Shown here one piece after another: positions 58,800 to 64,000 of a stretch of 64,000 bases of DNA (within the stretch, counting starts at the first letter, position 1; every line of letters begins with the position of its first letter). The stretch lies in IMG/VR virus record IMGVR_UViG_3300033183_000491, positions 62,001 through 126,000 of that record. One strand, written 5' to 3'. The position numbers were made by a program, and so were the translations under genes. Below the pieces are notes generated by a model that did not search any database, had not been told where the DNA came from, and saw only the letters and a program-made list of their open reading frames with translations.

Positions 58800-59381
58800 T
58801 TATTCAGGTTGAGAGTAATTAATGTTTGGATCTTCTGAAGGGTTTTTAGCTTCACCTAAAACTGGTCGAGATACATTTGAATTAACGCCTGATGAGTTAT
58901 AGTGAGAACTAAAATAAGTTCCTATTGTTGAAGCTTGAGTCCCTGGCTCATTTCTATCATCTCTCCAACCAAAACCTTTATTCTGTCTTTCAGCAGGAAT
59001 TGTAGCAACTCCACTAGTTTCAGCTGTAAGATTATTAATGTCTGGCGCAATAAGATTTGGACCTTTTCTAGACGGTTTATCTTTTGCACTTCCTAGATCA
59101 TCATACATTGAAAGAGCATTACCATGTGCAAAGTCAATTGCAGGAATAAAATCAGGGTTTCCACTTTCACCGGGTAAAGAAGAATCTAAACTATTCATTG
59201 TATTTACTGATGCAGTAAGTATTTCTGATCTCATATCGGGAAAAAGAAGACTTGATTGAGATGCAACTCCCATTGTACTAGTACTTCCATTTTGATATGA
59301 TTCTCTTTGGCGCTCTATTTGTTTATTAAATGTTGTTGCATTAACAAAGTCTTCAGCACCTGATTTTCTATATCCAGCCAT
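58800..59381 (-). CDS. hypothetical head-region protein
   Basis: 193-aa ORF, likely largely disordered. Confidence 0.75.
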   Translation of the reverse strand: MAGYRKSGAEDFVNATTFNKQIERQRESYQNGSTSTMGVASQSSLLFPDMRSEILTASVNTMNSLDSSLPGESGNPDFIPAIDFAHGNALSMYDDLGSAKDKPSRKGPNLIAPDINNLTAETSGVATIPAERQNKGFGWRDDRNEPGTQASTIGTYFSSHYNSSGVNSNVSRPVLGEAKNPSEDPNINYSQPE

Positions 59382-59412
59382 AATAAAGCCCTTTCAGAGT
59401 TAAAATAAAAAC

Positions 59413-59703
59413 TTATATACCTTTAATTATACGTCTTCTAAGCTCTCTTTTAACTTCTTGAAGAGTTTTTAGTTCTTCAACCATTTTAGCTTCTTTGATT
59501 TTACATGCTTGATAATAGTCCATACATTGTGCAAGACTATTAGCATAATCAGATGGGCCAACCTCTTTTACTTTGTTACTAACCTCTGAAGGGTGTTTTG
59601 CTTTTAACTCAAGTGTTTCATTAAGAAGATCTTTCTCTTCTAAGACCATTCTTCTAATTGTTTCAGGTGTAACTTTAATAAGCTTTTCTCTATTTCTAGA
59701 CAT
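59413..59703 (-). CDS. hypothetical protein with KVTPE.IRR.V.EE motif
   Basis: GGAG RBS; motif shared with the 47658 gene. Confidence 0.78.
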   Translation of the reverse strand: MSRNREKLIKVTPETIRRMVLEEKDLLNETLELKAKHPSEVSNKVKEVGPSDYANSLAQCMDYYQACKIKEAKMVEELKTLQEVKRELRRRIIKGI

Positions 59704-59785
59704 AAATTAACTCCATTAATTGTATTTTCATTAATTAATATATTCTTAAATATATCTAAAAAAATAAATTTTATTTTATTCAACA

Positions 59786-60202
59786 TTATTTATCCGAAAA
59801 TGCTAATGATGCCCAATTACTTGATGATCCACCAAACATTTCCATTGGGTCACTTTCGCTAACTGCTTGGCTAAAAACATCGATATTTTTTGCTGAAAAT
59901 TTGTTTGGTTGGTCAGCAGTGTTTTGCTCTTGTAAAGTTGTTTGCGCAGTATCTTCTAAAATCGAAGCCATAACAGGATCTTTTGTTGCTTGAGATATAA
60001 TCTGTTTTGTTTTCTTTTCAAAGTTTGGATTTAACACCTTGTTTGAAGATTCTTTTTTAACAGAGACATTTTCGTAATTACTTTTAACATTAAGACTTTC
60101 ATTTAGAGAAGTTGTATCTCCTTCACTAAGACCTTCAGCTAACAGTTCTACTAAACACTCTTTTACAATGCTTTTAAGCATACTTCTACTTACTTTTGCC
60201 AT
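59786..60202 (-). CDS. hypothetical protein with LKSIVKEC leader
   Basis: 138-aa ORF in the head operon. Confidence 0.78.
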   Translation of the reverse strand: MAKVSRSMLKSIVKECLVELLAEGLSEGDTTSLNESLNVKSNYENVSVKKESSNKVLNPNFEKKTKQIISQATKDPVMASILEDTAQTTLQEQNTADQPNKFSAKNIDVFSQAVSESDPMEMFGGSSSNWASLAFSDK

Positions 60203-60208
60203 TAATCA

Positions 60209-60607
60209 TTAACTCCAGTCTAACATTGACTCTGGGACAGATTTAGAAGAATCAATATGAGTTAACCCAGCTATTACACTTACAGTAGCATTCACTGTTG
60301 TTTTTACCCATATTTTAGAACATCTTAACTCTAATCTTAAAATATGAGTATCAGCAGGAACAGTAAAGTATTGATCTGCAATGGGTTGGTCAACGTTAGG
60401 TTCATCAGCTGCAGCAGTAAAATATACATCGACTGCGACATTTGATGAAATCGTTATCCATCTAGTTACTCTTGGAAATTCAAAAGTATCTACAGTATTA
60501 TTAATAGACTTTGTTTTACAAAAAGGCAAACCACTAAGTTGATATTCGGGAACACTTGTAGCACTTGGACTTGGCCATCTTGTGTTATTTATATTATGAT
60601 CAGACAT
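60209..60607 (-). CDS. putative virion protein
   Basis: start ATG 60607 coupled (TAATG) to the protease stop; VPEYQLSGLPF, FP.VTRWI beta-rich. Confidence 0.7.
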   Translation of the reverse strand: MSDHNINNTRWPSPSATSVPEYQLSGLPFCKTKSINNTVDTFEFPRVTRWITISSNVAVDVYFTAAADEPNVDQPIADQYFTVPADTHILRLELRCSKIWVKTTVNATVSVIAGLTHIDSSKSVPESMLDWS

Positions 60608-61209
60608 TATTTCCACTCCAATATATCATTGAATATTCTATCTATTCTGTCTGACTTGTTAAAGACATTATTAATTGCATTTGGTTCAATCTCTTTTCCT
60701 TCACGCATCATAAATGCACCAGGAGTTGAAGGTTCAGAAACAAAATCCCAACATATTAATTGAAAATCATCCTGAACGATTTGCATGTCACCTTGCGTTC
60801 TAGTACTTCCAACACCCCTTGAAGAAATACCTAATGTGACTCCACTTTCAACCAAAGACTGAAGTATTTTTCCACTAGGAGTATTTAGAATTTCTACTGT
60901 ACCATAGACAATATTACCTTCCATGTAAGCTTCTTTAATATTATGTGAAGCGTTTTTTAATTCAACAACAGAAGAATCTGGATGGTCTAGTTCACCAAGA
61001 GCTCTATTTTCTTTAATAAACTTTTGATAATTTGTGATTTCTCTTTCAAGGATATTACGAGGATAAACTCTACCATTTTGATTAAGAGTTTCTGCTTTTT
61101 GGAGAATCCCTTTCATAATCAAAGGTTGACCTTTTTCTCTTTGTTCTTTAATAATCTTTGGGTCATATTCAAAATTAACCCATTCTGTGATAAGTCTTTG
61201 AGCTCCCAT
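60607..61209 (-). CDS. prohead core protease (T4 gp21-like)
   Basis: NQNGRVYP, ALGELDHP, SH.I, TPSG, GISSRGVGS, DFVSEPSTPGA. Confidence 0.95.
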   Translation of the reverse strand: MGAQRLITEWVNFEYDPKIIKEQREKGQPLIMKGILQKAETLNQNGRVYPRNILEREITNYQKFIKENRALGELDHPDSSVVELKNASHNIKEAYMEGNIVYGTVEILNTPSGKILQSLVESGVTLGISSRGVGSTRTQGDMQIVQDDFQLICWDFVSEPSTPGAFMMREGKEIEPNAINNVFNKSDRIDRIFNDILEWK

Positions 61210-61210
61210 T

Positions 61211-62041
61211 TTAATCTCCTAGTACTTCTTCTTTTAATTTGCCAATTGTTAAAAATCTTTGTAAGTTTTCTTTTGACATATCATTAATGTCTAAATTAGA
61301 TATGTTTCTTTTAACTTCGTTATATTTTTCTAATAGTATTTGATTGTTACAATCACTTATATAATTTTCTAGGAGGTGATTACAAGAATTTTTAACTGCC
61401 TGATATTTTTGAGATAGATTATCTTCATTATCTTTAATGTAAAGAGAGATTATTTCTCTTTGTGTTTCGTTGAGTTTTGAACTATATTTTTTCTCAAACA
61501 TTTCATTCATTATTTTATAAGTAAGTTTGTCAACTTTTTTCGGAGTAATTTCATTAGAAATAAGTTCTCTTTTACTTGTTAAATTTTCATGAAGTTTTAT
61601 TTCATATTCAGTTACAATGTCAAATTGAGGAGATTGATTTCTCCATTCATTTAATAGTGTCTGAATTGTTGCATATCGTCTATAGTCTTTAACTTTTCTT
61701 TCGAATATAACACCTTTTCCAAAAGTATAGTTTAAATCTCTTATTAAAGTAGATTTTTCTTCTTCTAAAATTTTATTGTCAAACATATGATTACAAGCTT
61801 TTTTAGCTTCTTTAATAATAGATGTAGCTAAAGTATCAGAAATCTCTTGAGTTTCTGAAAGTGCTTTGAATAACTTGTATTCTTTAAATAATTGTGATCC
61901 TTCTTTGAAATTATTTTTAATAATATCAATTGCAGCTTCGGCATTAGATTTATCATTTTCCATTAGACTTTCACAAACAAAATTAATAATTTGTTCATAT
62001 ATAATTCCAATGTTTCTTTTTTTATTATGATTCTTCGCCAT
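61211..62041 (-). CDS. hypothetical protein between portal and protease
   Basis: HNKKRNIG..YE N-terminus; start likely 62041 or 62044. Confidence 0.75.
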   Translation of the reverse strand: MAKNHNKKRNIGIIYEQIINFVCESLMENDKSNAEAAIDIIKNNFKEGSQLFKEYKLFKALSETQEISDTLATSIIKEAKKACNHMFDNKILEEEKSTLIRDLNYTFGKGVIFERKVKDYRRYATIQTLLNEWRNQSPQFDIVTEYEIKLHENLTSKRELISNEITPKKVDKLTYKIMNEMFEKKYSSKLNETQREIISLYIKDNEDNLSQKYQAVKNSCNHLLENYISDCNNQILLEKYNEVKRNISNLDINDMSKENLQRFLTIGKLKEEVLGD

Positions 62042-64000
62042 CATCACTTCCCTTATTTTCAAACATATTATCGTCTATAATTATATCATAATCTTTGTCG
62101 TTATTTTCTTTTAATAATTTATTTGTATTAATATTTAAAGAATCAGACATTCTTTCTAAATCTTTTGACATTCTAAAAGAGATTTGTTTATCAATAAAAT
62201 CATTAATAACCGGACTTTGTGGCATTACATTGTCATTAAGTCCTGAAGAATAAAGCCCTAAACTTTCAGATGAATCTACTGATATTGGATTTAGAGTTCC
62301 ACCGTAACCTTTTTCAGACGAAGCTGATGCGAGTGGGTTTTGTGATTTTCCTTTTTTCTTAGAGGCTACTCTTGTAAATTTACCTCTAGTTTTTGGTGAA
62401 GCTTTTATCGGGTTTTTATCATTGTTTGATCCCGCATTTTTCATATCTTCAGCGTCCATTTCTTCAATCATTTCGTCATATTGAGAAAGTTCTTCTTCAG
62501 ACATTAAATTACCATTTTTAATCTCTCCAGAGAATAAATCAACTCCCCCACCTATTTCTTCAGGGGCTTGTTGATCTTGTTGACCTTCATCACCAAAAAT
62601 ATCTGAATCTGACTCTGGGAGCTGTAATCCTTCTAGCTCCATTTCTCTAAGTTTGTCTTTTTCTCTACCTTTTTCAATTCGAGAAATTTCATCATCGTTA
62701 AGGTCAATAATATGTTTTCTAATCCACTCTCTATCTACAAAACCTTCGGGAGCTTGAGAAGCTATTTCAAATTTAGTTCTTATTAGCTCTAGTTTTTGTT
62801 GTTGAGCAACACTTGAAGGATTACAAAGTTTAAGCTCGAAGTCTAAAATAGATTCATTTGTATAACCATGTGAATATAAATGAATCATTGCTATTTTGTT
62901 TAATTCAGATATTAATGTTTTTTGAATTCTTTGAATAGTTCTACTGAATCTGATATCTTCTTGTGCAAGAGTTGCTTTAGACCCGATGTCTTCATCATAA
63001 CCCAAATAAGCTTTAGGAATTTTAAGTGCAGCAAATAGTTTTTTCTGAATATATTCAACATCTTCGATCGCTGTAGTATTTGAACCTCCAGCGAGTGTAT
63101 CAATCCTTGTTCCACTTTCTCCACCTCTTACTGGTAAGAAATAATCTTCATCAACTGAAAGTGGGTTATATCTTAAGTCTACTTGTCCTGTATTTTTGTC
63201 GACAACTGCATTTCTTTTAAGAGAACTTTGAGCTTGTTCAAGATAGTCAGATATATTTTCAGGAGGAATATTACCTACGTCAATATAAAAAACTCTTCTT
63301 TCAGGAGATCTAATGACTCTGTAAACAAGCATGGCATCTTCAATAAGGATTAATTGACGCCAGACTCTTCTTGCTCCTTCAAGTACAGAAGCTCCATAAG
63401 GTAAAAATGCGTCATTACCTAGAAGTCTAAAGTGAGAAACTTGCCAGTTTTCTAAAACTCTATTTCCTTGTGTAACCCATCTAAAGCGGACTGCACCCGG
63501 ATCATCAGGGTCAAATCCTTCTTCTCTTTCAATCTCAGAAATAGGAATTGGAAAACAATTAACAACACCAAATTCAGGATGAATATCATTAAACAGAAAG
63601 AAATCTCCATATTTACATAAGTTTCTTACCCACATAACGAGATTAAAGTCAATATTAAGAGTATCATAAAAAAGTTCGTTTAGAAGTTTTTTGATCATTC
63701 TGTTTTCTGAATAGATGTTTAGTATATTACCTTCAACATCAGGAGAAACACATTCTTCAGCATAAATGTCTAACGCCGAAGCTATTTCTGGTGTTCCTTC
63801 CATTTCTGAAAAGTCTGAATATCTTGCCATTCTGTCATAAGAACCGTAAGCTCTAAGAGTACTATTATAAACATCACTGTGAGCTTTTTTAAAAACTTCT
63901 AACGAAGATTTTGAATATGATTGCTTATTTAAGTTTTTAACTTTTCTTTTAACAACAGGACCTGATCTAAAAAGGTCTGTTAGTTTTTTGAATAAGTTAT
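62025..64000 (-). CDS. portal protein (T4 gp20-like), 5'-truncated by window edge
   Basis: EI..ALD.YA.E, KYGDFF, L.EDAMLVYR..R.PERRVFYIDVGN, EDYFLP.RGG..GT.I.TL; frame stays open upstream of 63830 to the edge. Confidence 0.96.
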   Translation of the reverse strand, partial: NLFKKLTDLFRSGPVVKRKVKNLNKQSYSKSSLEVFKKAHSDVYNSTLRAYGSYDRMARYSDFSEMEGTPEIASALDIYAEECVSPDVEGNILNIYSENRMIKKLLNELFYDTLNIDFNLVMWVRNLCKYGDFFLFNDIHPEFGVVNCFPIPISEIEREEGFDPDDPGAVRFRWVTQGNRVLENWQVSHFRLLGNDAFLPYGASVLEGARRVWRQLILIEDAMLVYRVIRSPERRVFYIDVGNIPPENISDYLEQAQSSLKRNAVVDKNTGQVDLRYNPLSVDEDYFLPVRGGESGTRIDTLAGGSNTTAIEDVEYIQKKLFAALKIPKAYLGYDEDIGSKATLAQEDIRFSRTIQRIQKTLISELNKIAMIHLYSHGYTNESILDFELKLCNPSSVAQQQKLELIRTKFEIASQAPEGFVDREWIRKHIIDLNDDEISRIEKGREKDKLREMELEGLQLPESDSDIFGDEGQQDQQAPEEIGGGVDLFSGEIKNGNLMSEEELSQYDEMIEEMDAEDMKNAGSNNDKNPIKASPKTRGKFTRVASKKKGKSQNPLASASSEKGYGGTLNPISVDSSESLGLYSSGLNDNVMPQSPVINDFIDKQISFRMSKDLERMSDSLNINTNKLLKENNDKDYDIIIDDNMFENKGSDDGEES

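Noticed and set aside
1-64000. Stop-codon reassignment, CRISPR array, tRNA genes, diversity-generating retroelement
   Set aside because: Conserved genes are full length in code 11 with TAG and TGA used as real stops; no repeat-spacer array, cloverleaf, reverse transcriptase or template/variable repeat pair was seen by eye
63830-64000. Portal start at 63830 as given in the ORF track
   Set aside because: Frame is open to the window edge (NLFKKLTDLFRSG...), so the true start lies outside the window

Overview
AT-rich segment of a large T4-like (myovirus-type, probably jumbo) phage genome, standard genetic code, with nearly all genes on the minus strand. Read right to left it carries: a head module (5'-truncated portal, prohead protease, scaffold, major capsid), a Hef-like homing endonuclease, an accessory and putative lysis block, neck proteins, THREE tail-sheath paralogues around one tail-tube gene, a tail chaperone pair with a likely +1/-2 frameshift, tape measure and baseplate genes, and a replication/nucleotide module (minimal PolA-like protein, SSB, RecA, 5'-3' exonuclease, DnaB-like helicase, dUTPase, NrdA/NrdB, thioredoxin, ClpP, amidase, methyltransferase, ThyX). 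nrdA is a fractured gene: a split intein sits at the catalytic NL|CNE motif, with a free-standing GIY-YIG endonuclease between the halves. Non-coding DNA shows eight (G/T)TGTAN-17/18-(-10) promoters, a separate AT-rich motif before structural genes, an 8-nt-periodic SSB leader, a hairpin that would hide the RBS of the third sheath gene, and a candidate pseudoknot leader. All calls come from motif reading and synteny; no database searches were run.
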